A stretch of DNA of 41,872 nt from a virus (IMGVR_UViG_3300038675_000167:1-41872), one strand, 5' to 3'. Numbered from the stretch's first letter, positions 8,476 through 17,604 are shown. Made by a program: numbers and translations. The notes: generated by a model from the letters alone, not told the origin.

Positions 8476-8563
8476 AATTATAGTATATCACAAATCAGAA
8501 AAAAGTCAATAGTTTATTTTAGATGTTTAACATCTAATTCTCCGGGAAAGCGCTTTCGCGCTT

Positions 8564-9316
8564 TCATGTGGTGAAGGAGTAAAGACCGTTGCGGATGTAT
8601 TTTTTGGTATAGGTTCCTTTGTAGATTTCCTGACCATCAATTTTCACGGTCAAGGGGTGGTCGGTAACTCGCGGCAGGATTTTTTTCACTTTATATTCTG
8701 TCCCATAGGCCGCGCCACGCTTTACACATTCGAGCAAAATCACGCTTTCAATTTGCGTATCATATAGCCCCATGTGCTTTTCTTCAAAAGAAGTATCACC
8801 TATAATAAAGCGATATACAATTTCAGCACTGCCCTTGTAGTTTCCAGTATCTGTAAAATACTCGTTATCTTCACAAAATTTCTGGTAATCGGATTTACTG
8901 GTGATATATTCCGAAGCATAACCCCAAATATCATAAATACCAACATTTTCCAAGGGATTTATACATTTGAACCAATCGCAATTAAAAGTAAATACTTTAT
9001 CGTCAAAATCGCTATTGTAGGCATATGCTTCGGTAATGCCATACTTTTTAATATCCCGCATCATTTCCTGCATGACATAGCCCCATTTATTCATTTTTGC
9101 GCGGCGCTGGCGCATCAATTGAACGTATAAGGGGCGCTTCTCTTTATAGTAAGCACTTTCAAACAATGGCAGATTATGCCAGATTTGCTCAATGACAAAA
9201 TGCTTTTCAAGTTCTATCAATTCCGAATCAGTATTCAGAATGATATATCCGAGGTCGTAGCAGAAGGGCTTATCCAGTCCAGAAGTTTCAGTATCAAATA
9301 CCATGATATATCCCAC
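8564..9316 (-). CDS. DnaQ-like (DEDDh) 3'-5' exonuclease
   Basis: ExoI FDTETSG, ExoII AYNSDFD, ExoIII HMGLYD; GTG start. Confidence 0.85.
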   Translation of the reverse strand: MGYIMVFDTETSGLDKPFCYDLGYIILNTDSELIELEKHFVIEQIWHNLPLFESAYYKEKRPLYVQLMRQRRAKMNKWGYVMQEMMRDIKKYGITEAYAYNSDFDDKVFTFNCDWFKCINPLENVGIYDIWGYASEYITSKSDYQKFCEDNEYFTDTGNYKGSAEIVYRFIIGDTSFEEKHMGLYDTQIESVILLECVKRGAAYGTEYKVKKILPRVTDHPLTVKIDGQEIYKGTYTKKYIRNGLYSFTT

Positions 9317-9471
9317 AGTTTTTCCCTTTCTGGTTTTTTAGTGTTTTCCTTCACTTCTGATTGAATTATACCATAAGAAAAGCGAATTGTCAACATGAAA
9401 TTTTATACATTTTGTGAATAATTATGCGAGGGGCGGAAATTAGATGTTTAACATCTAAATAAAAAAGGGAA

Positions 9472-9948
9472 TTACGGTTCCCTTTCTTTAATAAGAAATA
9501 CAATCGGCCCGTCATACCTATGCGCCCATGTTCTAAACACATAATAATATTCGTGCCGGTAGATTTTGGAACCAGAACCACGTTTTTCATACCAGTTGCC
9601 ATTTTTTCCAATTTTCATATAATGAAAATCGCTATCTTCACCCATCATTTCATAACGGAAAGCAACAATTTCATATTTTTTATAATCAATAGAACGATTA
9701 AAGACTTCATCATTTGATACTACGGTATAGCCAAGGTCTTTGCGCATATAATTTACCGCAGTTTTTGTTGCGGCTTCATAGCACTCATTGTCTAACAACA
9801 ATCTAACATTTTCATAATCTTCCCAGCTCCTTGTTGGAACATACCATTTGAAAAGATTAAACGCATAGCCACCGCAATTATACACACCCTTTGGCGTATT
9901 ACGGATTGTAGGATTCTGGGCGTAGCAGTATCCAGTAGTTTCAAACAT
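9472..9948 (-). CDS. Hypothetical protein, possible papain-like Cys-His hydrolase
   Basis: YNCGGYAF ... DFHYM ... WYEKRG pattern; function inferred. Confidence 0.55.
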   Translation of the reverse strand: MFETTGYCYAQNPTIRNTPKGVYNCGGYAFNLFKWYVPTRSWEDYENVRLLLDNECYEAATKTAVNYMRKDLGYTVVSNDEVFNRSIDYKKYEIVAFRYEMMGEDSDFHYMKIGKNGNWYEKRGSGSKIYRHEYYYVFRTWAHRYDGPIVFLIKEREP

Positions 9949-10044
9949 AATTCATACCCCCTTTTTCATATGTATTATAACATAGGAGGTAAGAAAAGTC
10001 AACTGTGATATTTAGATGTTTAACATCTAAATAAGAAGAAGGCG

Positions 10045-10299
10045 TTAGCCCTCTTGTATTCTCTTTTTAAGTTCTTCGGCAATTTGTTTTTTGGCGTCAT
10101 AGGTCATGGTATAAGAATCTTCATCATCAAGCCCCTTCGCCCATTCGCGCACGGCAGCAAGGCACATTTTATCAATATCCGCGCCGAAAGGGTCGGTATA
10201 ATTGCGTTTTATATAGTTAATTTCATCTTTCATCATTTCAAATTCATAATCACCAAGAAACAAAGTATGTTCAGAAGTCCAAGTAACCGTCATATCCAT
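10045..10299 (-). CDS. Hypothetical protein
   Basis: Fills its cassette; conserved leader motif. Confidence 0.75.
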   Translation of the reverse strand: MDMTVTWTSEHTLFLGDYEFEMMKDEINYIKRNYTDPFGADIDKMCLAAVREWAKGLDDEDSYTMTYDAKKQIAEELKKRIQEG

Positions 10300-10420
10300 T
10301 TTAATACTCCCTTCTGGTTTTTTAAGTGTTGTCCTTCACTTGATGATTATATTATATCACATAATCTTAAAATGTCAATCTTGACTTTTAGATGTTTAAC
10401 ATCTAAATAAATCGAGGAGA

Positions 10421-10639
10421 TTAATCTCCCCAAAATTCATCATCATCCAACATATTTTTAGTAATAATAGCGAAGATTTTTTTAAGAGTGCCCCCAGGTA
10501 CGGTGTCAACATCACCGCCATCGAGATAGTCGCTCAGTTTGCTGGTAAAGGCGTCATAAATATCCTGCTCAAGATAGTTTTGGGAATATTCATCAAGCTC
10601 GATGGTTTTAGTATAAGTTACTTCAATCGGTTCTTTCAT
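10421..10639 (-). CDS. Small acidic hypothetical protein
   Basis: Fills its cassette; conserved leader motif. Confidence 0.75.
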   Translation of the reverse strand: MKEPIEVTYTKTIELDEYSQNYLEQDIYDAFTSKLSDYLDGGDVDTVPGGTLKKIFAIITKNMLDDDEFWGD

Positions 10640-10763
10640 ATTTATTCCCTTTCTGGTTTTAGGAAGTTTTCCTTCTTCTTTCTTACGGGATTATTATATC
10701 ATAAAATAAAATGAAATGCAAGTTTTATTTTTAGATGTTTAACATCTAATTCTAAAAGGGTGA

Positions 10764-11213
10764 TTACTCACCCCTCAAAAGTTCTTTCAAGACTTCCAAA
10801 ATCTGGTTTGGTTCATACGCTTCGCCTTTCCATTCTTCACGGTTCCGCGCTTCATCGTCAAACAGAATATCGTTTTCATTTTCCATGAAAGACGATTTAG
10901 GCGTGCCGTAGGCCACGATGCGGATGGCGTCCCAGCTCACCGACCGCAAATGCTTTCTCAACCATACCAACTTCGCGGCGGTCACAGCTTCATCAAACTG
11001 CGGTGTCGGCTCTTTGGAAAGCCAGCTAATAATTCCGATTTGATAGCCAACTTCCCGCAGGCGGTTTAGATAGCGGGCGAGCAGGCTCATATTCAGCATG
11101 GCCGCAGCTTCTGCATAGGGCGTAGGGTCATACGCCCGGAGCATGGGGAGCCAATTTTCTACCGCGTATAAATTCGCAAGAGTGCCGTCAAGGTCAAACC
11201 AAATCGTTTTCAT
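10764..11213 (-). CDS. HAD-superfamily phosphatase (5'(3')-deoxyribonucleotidase-like)
   Basis: Motif I FDLDGTL, motif II IISW, Lys, motif IV LFDD; start MKTIWF. Confidence 0.8.
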   Translation of the reverse strand: MKTIWFDLDGTLANLYAVENWLPMLRAYDPTPYAEAAAMLNMSLLARYLNRLREVGYQIGIISWLSKEPTPQFDEAVTAAKLVWLRKHLRSVSWDAIRIVAYGTPKSSFMENENDILFDDEARNREEWKGEAYEPNQILEVLKELLRGE

Positions 11214-11327
11214 CTTCTTTCCATCCTTTCCTTTCTTACGGGTATAGTATATCATAGAATGATGAAGAAGTCAAGGGAAGGTTTTAGATGTTTAACATCT
11301 AAAATGTTAATAGGGCCGAAGCCCTAT

Positions 11328-11534
11328 TTATCGACTGACAATGGCAACAATGCCAACTACCAGAAGCCAAATGATTGCGATTACAATAACTAAAGCAATC
11401 GGAATCCAGAATGGCGCGAGAACCCATACCCAAGCCCAATCAATGACCCCTACAAGTTTAAGTACAAGAAATACAACGCCAAGCACCGTAGTTAAGGAGC
11501 AACCAGAGGTTACGACCGTTTTCTTTTCTTCCAT
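11328..11534 (-). CDS. Small membrane protein with two hydrophobic segments
   Basis: LKLVGVIDWAWVWVLAPFWI motif typical of small phage membrane proteins. Confidence 0.8.
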   Translation of the reverse strand: MEEKKTVVTSGCSLTTVLGVVFLVLKLVGVIDWAWVWVLAPFWIPIALVIVIAIIWLLVVGIVAIVSR

Positions 11535-11661
11535 TTCTTTTCTCCTTCTGGTTTTAGGAGTTTTCCTTCTCCTTTTTATTTACAAATAGATTATAGCATA
11601 AGAAAATGAAATTGTCAATTATAATTATTAGATGTTTAACATCTAAATATAAAAGCAAGTC

Positions 11662-12060
11662 TTAGACTTGCTTTGAGTAAAAACACCATTTTTCATTGAA
11701 AATATATTCAAGTGTAAAGCCTTCTTTTTCTAATGTATGCCGCATTGCTCCATTAGTAATCCACGGGGTCGCGCCGATTTTTTCTTCATTATATTGATTG
11801 CTGATGTGTTCAATCATTTGCTGGGCATATCCTTTGCCCCGATAATCCGGGTCAACATATAGCCGTTTCATTGCGGTATAATTATAATAAGGCTCTGGGA
11901 CAGCGGCGCAAGTGGAAACAATTTTATCAGCTTCTACTCCAATATACAGGCGTCCAGCCTGAATATCGCTCATTAAAAGTAAAGAGGAAATATATGGAAT
12001 ATTGGTATCAATGGTTCTAACTTCTTCCATATCATTAACGGTTGCCAATCTGATTTCCAT
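11662..12060 (-). CDS. GNAT-family N-acetyltransferase
   Basis: IRLAT start; motif A LYVDPDYRGKGYA; motif B N.AM...EKEGF. Confidence 0.88.
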   Translation of the reverse strand: MEIRLATVNDMEEVRTIDTNIPYISSLLLMSDIQAGRLYIGVEADKIVSTCAAVPEPYYNYTAMKRLYVDPDYRGKGYAQQMIEHISNQYNEEKIGATPWITNGAMRHTLEKEGFTLEYIFNEKWCFYSKQV

Positions 12061-12164
12061 ATAGGGTCACCTTTCCTTTCAATTTACAAATATATATTAT
12101 CATATTGTAATATAAAAGTCAAGAATGAAATTTAGATGTTTAACATCTAAACAAAAAGGCGGCG

Positions 12165-12437
12165 TTAAGGCCGCTCGCTACAAAGAATAACATTGGAATA
12201 ATGTGTCAAATAGGTGATGCCATTCATGGTAAATTGGACACAATCGGAATCATCGAAATCACGCCAGCTCGTGACTTCGCCTTCCAGCAGCTCACCGTTC
12301 CCCAGCTGTACAATCGCCCATTTAAATGACCAGTTCGTATCAATGAGCTGGCGATTATAGCCGCATCCCGTCAAGCAGAAAGAGCCCAGGATTACCAGAA
12401 CGACCGCGAGAATAGCAACTTTCTTCTTCATCTTCAT
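12165..12437 (-). CDS. Predicted lipoprotein
   Basis: Basic N-terminus, hydrophobic stretch, lipobox LTGC. Confidence 0.8.
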   Translation of the reverse strand: MKMKKKVAILAVVLVILGSFCLTGCGYNRQLIDTNWSFKWAIVQLGNGELLEGEVTSWRDFDDSDCVQFTMNGITYLTHYSNVILCSERP

Positions 12438-12531
12438 TACTCCCTTCTTTTTTACAAACATAGTATATCATATATAAATAAAAATGTCAACTTAAAGAAT
12501 TAGATGTTTAACATCTAATAATAAAGGCTCC

Positions 12532-12723
12532 TTACGAAGCCTGTTCAATGGACTTGCGCGTCCAGTCCAGCGGGAAAGTCTTATCTTCAATGTCTACTAC
12601 CAGCAGCCCTACACACTCCTGGTCTTGAATGTAAATCTGCGCGGCGGCAAGCACCTGGGCGAAGGAATCGCAAGTTTCACTCTTACTAAATCCATCATCA
12701 TAGGTAGAAATCAAAGTATACAT
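12532..12723 (-). CDS. Hypothetical protein
   Basis: Fills its cassette. Confidence 0.7.
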   Translation of the reverse strand: MYTLISTYDDGFSKSETCDSFAQVLAAAQIYIQDQECVGLLVVDIEDKTFPLDWTRKSIEQAS

Positions 12724-12830
12724 TCAATTCATCCCCTTTCTTTTTACAATAAGAGTATAGCATATAGGAGAAGAAAAGTCAAGAATGTGTTTTAGATGTT
12801 AAACATCTAAATTATATGCGGTTTCCCGCA

Positions 12831-13055
12831 TTATTCAATTCCAAGATGCGCGGCTGCTACACCGCTCTCGTATCCTTCTTCCCGTCCGAATTTAAGACCT
12901 AAATACATCCCGGCGTTATGCCCTTGAAGATAGGCAAGGTGCATTTTGTTGATTATCTGCGTGGAAGGGCGCTCTTCATCATACATTTTCTCCATGAATT
13001 TTACAAAACCAAAATCAAAACCTTGTTCGCGCAAATCTTCGTACATTTCGTTCAA
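12831..13055 (-). CDS. Hypothetical protein
   Basis: Fills its cassette; GxxxG repeats near the C-terminus. Confidence 0.7.
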   Translation of the reverse strand: MNEMYEDLREQGFDFGFVKFMEKMYDEERPSTQIINKMHLAYLQGHNAGMYLGLKFGREEGYESGVAAAHLGIE

Positions 13056-13150
13056 CTCCTTTCTTTTTTACAAGTAAAGTATATCATAAAAGAGAGAAGA
13101 AGTCAATATATAATTTTAGATGTTTAACATCTAAAATATAGATTTGGGCA

Positions 13151-13456
13151 TTATGCCCAAATCGTTTTTCCATGGTTCGTATATTTTGACTGGTTATGAT
13201 TTACTTTCTTTTTCAGATAGGTGGGGATTTTTTTCTCCCCAGCGAATACAGCGACCAGCTCGCTATAAGTTGTGATATACATTGTTATGATTGTTTGCTT
13301 ATCAGCGGATTTTACAATGGTTACGCCAGTATCGGTGATGCAGGTATAGCAGCCCCTGTAAAACTTTTCCCTTACAATCTGCCCGATACCAATTTTTGTC
13401 AAGATTTTTTCGACCCGTTCGGCCCTCTCTACTTCGCAATGATAACTCATAGTCAT
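13151..13456 (-). CDS. Hypothetical protein
   Basis: Fills its cassette; stop in hairpin GATTTGGGCA-TTA-TGCCCAAATC. Confidence 0.75.
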   Translation of the reverse strand: MTMSYHCEVERAERVEKILTKIGIGQIVREKFYRGCYTCITDTGVTIVKSADKQTIITMYITTYSELVAVFAGEKKIPTYLKKKVNHNQSKYTNHGKTIWA

Positions 13457-13562
13457 GGTGAACTACTTCCTTTCTTCTTTGATGGATACATTATAGCACA
13501 AAAGAAGGAAAAAAGCAAGTCAAGATTTTAGATGTTTAACATCTAAATAAAAAAGGTGGTTT

Positions 13563-13859
13563 TTACCACCGTATTAGTATTACAAGAGGAGCACACTGAG
13601 ACCATTCTGCATGGAAGCCGCTTTCTCTCAATTCTTCTATAACGTAATTCCCGGAAAAGTCTGGCATGGGGAGGTCAATTTTATCTAAATAAAACTTCAA
13701 CCCAATTGTAATTTTACGCCAGCCTTTCGATGCAGTTTCTTTTATATTATCTTCAATAATTTCCATAAGAGTTTTATGTTTTCTCTGAATTTCTTTTTTA
13801 CACAGCAGCGCGGAGGCTTCGGAGTATTTAAGGGCATCTGCGGCAGTAATGTTCATCAT
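13563..13859 (-). CDS. Hypothetical protein (paralog of 14574..14858)
   Basis: ITAADA...IEDNIK.A...GF.AEW...IRW pattern shared. Confidence 0.75.
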   Translation of the reverse strand: MMNITAADALKYSEASALLCKKEIQRKHKTLMEIIEDNIKETASKGWRKITIGLKFYLDKIDLPMPDFSGNYVIEELRESGFHAEWSQCAPLVILIRW

Positions 13860-13979
13860 ACGGGCGTCCTTTCTGGTTTTAAGGATTTTCCTTTCCTTTT
13901 CATTTATATTATATCATATTAAAATGAAATGTCAATAATTATATTTAGATGTTTAACATCTAATCAATAGGGGTAAGGG

Positions 13980-14198
13980 TCATGCCCTTACATATCCATT
14001 CTCTCCCTGGTATTTCCAAGCAAGAATAACTTCATTTCCCTTGTGGTCATATGAAACAATATGGAAGCTTCTTTTCCCTGGATGCGCCAGCTCCTCGAAA
14101 ATAATAGCGTTCTCCGTCCTGCCTACCACCTTGATAGCGAAAGAAGAAGTATACAGCGCGGGCCAGATGTAGACTTTACCAACTTCAAACTTTTTCAT
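13980..14198 (-). CDS. Hypothetical protein
   Basis: Start MKKFEVGKVY after AAGGAGAG. Confidence 0.75.
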   Translation of the reverse strand: MKKFEVGKVYIWPALYTSSFAIKVVGRTENAIIFEELAHPGKRSFHIVSYDHKGNEVILAWKYQGENGYVRA

Positions 14199-14307
14199 CT
14201 TGTTCTCTCCTTTTCTATTTCCTTGGGACAATTATATATTATCATATTAAGTAAAAAATGTCAAGTAGAGTATTTAGATGTTTAACATCTAAAATATAAA
14301 TGCACGA

Positions 14308-14457
14308 TTATTCATCGTGCAACGCTTTCCATTTTTTCATTGCTTCTTCATAGGAACGGGAGTAGAAAATAGTTCTTTGGACGAACTCATTTGTGTTTTC
14401 ATAAATGGCCCAAAAAACGCCGTAAATGTTGTGAATCCGTTCAAGAGTATATTTCAT
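14308..14457 (-). CDS. Small hypothetical protein
   Basis: Start MKYTLER after GGAGGTG. Confidence 0.7.
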   Translation of the reverse strand: MKYTLERIHNIYGVFWAIYENTNEFVQRTIFYSRSYEEAMKKWKALHDE

Positions 14458-14573
14458 GGTTACACCTCCATTTATTTTGTGTTCCTTTGAACAACTATAT
14501 AATAACATAGATAGACAAAGTTGTCAATAGCTGTTATTAGATGTTTAACATCTAATTTTAAAGTTAAGTGGTT

Positions 14574-14858
14574 TTACCACTTAACAAAAAGCACATAATC
14601 GAACCATTGTGCGCTAAAACCATTTTTTTGAACGGAGGTTGCAATATAGTTTTTTGCCATAGTCATATCGGGAAAACCGCTATTGACCATATAAGCGCGA
14701 AGTCCGATATGATTTTCTCGCATTGCATAAGCCGCAGCTCCGCGAATATCACTTTCAATTCTATCAAGAATTGGTTCAGCTTTTTCCATTGTTTCTTTCG
14801 CGTAAGTAAGCGTTGCGGCACGGGCAATATCTCTGGCTTCTTCGGCGGTAATCTTCAT
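14574..14858 (-). CDS. Hypothetical protein (paralog of 13563..13859)
   Basis: Start MKITAEEA; ends GFSAQW...VKW. Confidence 0.75.
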   Translation of the reverse strand: MKITAEEARDIARAATLTYAKETMEKAEPILDRIESDIRGAAAYAMRENHIGLRAYMVNSGFPDMTMAKNYIATSVQKNGFSAQWFDYVLFVKW

Positions 14859-14977
14859 AACAAATCCCCTTTCTGGTTTTAGGCTTCCTTCCCTTTCATT
14901 ACAAATAGAGTATATCATATAAAAATAAAGTTGTCAATATCTATTATTAGATGTTTAACATCTAAATAAATGACCCC

Positions 14978-15220
14978 TCATCCGAGGGGTGTAAGGGCAA
15001 GCAATTCGACATCTTTTGGAAGATCGCTGTCAATATATGTTGCTTTTCGACTTTCTGGCTCAAATTGTACCATGACCGCCCCGGTTGACATGTCCAGCAC
15101 ATCAGTAGGGAAGCCGTAGCTTTCTGTAATCGCGCGAGCTTTGAACACTGCGACCCAAAGAGAATGGAAGCAATAGTTGAAAATCACGGGTTTATCGTTG
15201 TAGTAATTGATTTGATACAT
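14978..15220 (-). CDS. Hypothetical protein
   Basis: Start MYQINYY after GGGAGGG. Confidence 0.7.
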   Translation of the reverse strand: MYQINYYNDKPVIFNYCFHSLWVAVFKARAITESYGFPTDVLDMSTGAVMVQFEPESRKATYIDSDLPKDVELLALTPLG

Positions 15221-15320
15221 TCGTAACCCTCCCTTCAATTTCATATATATAATAACACAATAATGATAAAAAGTCAAGAAGGATTTTTAGATGTTAAACA
15301 TCTAATTTACAAAAGAGCGC

Positions 15321-15596
15321 TCATCGCGCTCTCCATGTCTTACAGAAAAGTAGTGTTCTGTAAGTTATTTTATTAGAAGCCTGCTCGACCTTAATTGAAA
15401 CATCTTCGCCGTGTCGCTGTAAGAACTTAACAGCTTTTGCCAGCGCTCTGTTTGCTTCTTTAATATCGTCAATATTGCGGTAGTAGCAATGTTCCAGCTG
15501 TGTGATATAGTAACGGCTTTCATGGGCATAGAGGAACTGTCCCTCATAGTAAACAAATTCCACCTTGTAAAGATACGTCGGATAATAGTTCTTCAT
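15321..15596 (-). CDS. Hypothetical protein
   Basis: RBS GGGAGGT; fills its cassette. Confidence 0.75.
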   Translation of the reverse strand: MKNYYPTYLYKVEFVYYEGQFLYAHESRYYITQLEHCYYRNIDDIKEANRALAKAVKFLQRHGEDVSIKVEQASNKITYRTLLFCKTWRAR

Positions 15597-15697
15597 GGTC
15601 TTACCTCCCTTTCTTTTATGGTCATATTATACCATGAGTATGAGAAAATGTCAATCTATGTTTTTAGATGTTTAACATCTAAATTATAAAAGGGCGG

Positions 15698-15940
15698 TTA
15701 TTCATCCGCCCTTTCCAATACTTCTTCTTCGGTAATATCCAAACCGCACATTCCAAATACTTCATCAGCATGAAACCAGAACAGATCGTTCAAGTCGTCT
15801 TCGGCCAAGCCATCAGGATACAGCTCTTCCAGCGCAGCTTCGATGGTGTCCCATTCTTCATTGGTCAGCTTACGGGCGACGTCCGCCGCACCCATCCAGA
15901 ACTCAAAGTCACGAATCCGAACTTCACTTTTAATAGTCAT
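15698..15940 (-). CDS. Small acidic hypothetical protein
   Basis: FEFWMGA...LEELYPDG...LNDLFWF; fills its cassette. Confidence 0.8.
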   Translation of the reverse strand: MTIKSEVRIRDFEFWMGAADVARKLTNEEWDTIEAALEELYPDGLAEDDLNDLFWFHADEVFGMCGLDITEEEVLERADE

Positions 15941-16309
15941 TGTCTTTTCCCTCTTTCTTTTTATTCTTTGTCCCCTTCGGACAACTATATATTATCATAA
16001 GGAAAGGAAAAAGTCAAGTATTGTTTTTAGATGTTTAACATCTAAAAAGTAAAAATAAAAATAGGCGGTCACGTTCACCGCCTATCTTGGCTCAATCATC
16101 CCCAACTTCGCCACGACTGAGAATGGGAGAATACCCTCCGTTAATTAGCCGCCGCACAAGGTATTTTGTGCGCTGGCTTACTCTAACCGGGTGGCGTTTC
16201 CATTTTCAACCCTCCCTCTTTCCTTTCGACGTGTATAGTATAGCACAAAATGAAATTAAAGTCAATACGATATTTTAGATGTTTAACATCTAAATTAAAA
16301 GGGGCTGAG

Positions 16310-16525
16310 TTATTTCAACTCAACCCATTCGGGATTTCTCCACCCGTTTTTCAATTGCCATACAGTCCAATCTTCGGCCTTGACAACAAATGTTTCATCG
16401 TTCTTTTTAATCACAAAATTGCCATAGATATTACAAGTGATGGAAGTAAATACCAGTTCGGGCATTTTTTGCTTGATTATTTGAAGCACCTTCCCGAAGT
16501 CCTGAATTGTTGCTATACTGTTCAT
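16310..16525 (-). CDS. Hypothetical protein
   Basis: Start MNSIATIQ after AAGGGAG. Confidence 0.7.
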   Translation of the reverse strand: MNSIATIQDFGKVLQIIKQKMPELVFTSITCNIYGNFVIKKNDETFVVKAEDWTVWQLKNGWRNPEWVELK

Positions 16526-16639
16526 GTTTATTCTCCCTTCTTGTATCGTTCCTTGGAACAATTATATTATATAAGAAAAAAGAGAAAAGTCAAGGGATAA
16601 TTTTAGATGTTTAACATCTAAATCATAAAGGTGTATTGT

Positions 16640-16945
16640 TTAGCAATACACCAAAGACATATTAGACCATTTAAAGACTGAGATTTGATGGTATTTTTTT
16701 CCAATCTCCAAAGCTTCGCGTTTGGTTTTTACGCGGAAGCTGTGGTCAATATACCATACACCTTTTTCATACCAAACGCCGCAAGTCCCATTATACTTTT
16801 GCACAGCTTGTGCAACCTCCGCAGCTGTCCGGCACTCGACGCCGCAATCCGCAACTTGCCAGCCCGTTTTGTAGGTGATAGAATTATACTTTTTAAGAGT
16901 GAGCCCGTCAGATTCGCGCAGGGACATGATTTGGTCTAACAACAT
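16640..16945 (-). CDS. Hypothetical protein
   Basis: RBS GGGAGG; fills its cassette. Confidence 0.75.
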   Translation of the reverse strand: MLLDQIMSLRESDGLTLKKYNSITYKTGWQVADCGVECRTAAEVAQAVQKYNGTCGVWYEKGVWYIDHSFRVKTKREALEIGKKYHQISVFKWSNMSLVYC

Positions 16946-17054
16946 TGTTTTGTCCTCCCTTCATTTTCTGATTGTATTATAACATGGAAAATGAAAAAAG
17001 TCAATACTGATTTTTAGATGTTTAACATCTAAAAAAATAAAGGCGCAAATGCGC

Positions 17055-17117
17055 CTATCGTGGATAAACCCAACCAATCACCCATGCCACAAACAGAACA
17101 GTTACGATAATTTCCAT
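17055..17117 (-). CDS. 20-aa hydrophobic peptide (ends at TAG under the standard code)
   Basis: MEIIVTVLFVAWVIGWVYPR with its own promoter, RBS AAGGGG and terminator AGGCGC-AAAT-GCGCCT. Confidence 0.55.
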   Translation of the reverse strand: MEIIVTVLFVAWVIGWVYPR

Positions 17118-17238
17118 GCGCCCAACCCCTTTCTTTATTGTGACTATATTGTAACATATTATTAAAGAAAAATCAATACTTATTTTTAGATGTTTAACAT
17201 CTAAAAGTATGAAGGAAAAGAAGAAGTTTTCTTCTTCC

Positions 17239-17520
17239 TTAAAACCTAAACCCACAACGTTCTAACTTGTGAAACGCCTTGTCTTCATCATCACAAGGGT
17301 GGAAAGCATGCGGTTCTTCGCCTTCTGGAAAGATTTGCCAACCGACGCAAATGGTAAGGTCTTCATCGGCATAGTAGATGCGAGCATTGTCGCCCAAGAT
17401 ATTTACCAGCTCTTCAAAGTAGCAGCTCGCAGCTTGCATGCAGCTCGCAGCTCGTGTGCAGCTCCCAGCTTGCAGCTCGCCTACGCGTGCGCGCGTGGTA
17501 TCAGTGGTAATAGACTCCAT
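17239..17520 (-). CDS. Hypothetical protein containing a CAGCT-repeat tract
   Basis: Start MESITT after GGAGG; hairpin after the stop. Confidence 0.55.
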   Translation of the reverse strand: MESITTDTTRARVGELQAGSCTRAASCMQAASCYFEELVNILGDNARIYYADEDLTICVGWQIFPEGEEPHAFHPCDDEDKAFHKLERCGFRF

Positions 17521-17604
17521 AGTGTGATCCTCCTTCCAATTTTTGGCATGTACAATCTGGTGACCGGATTTGACAATGGCGAATCTGGAACCAGAATCGA
17601 CATT

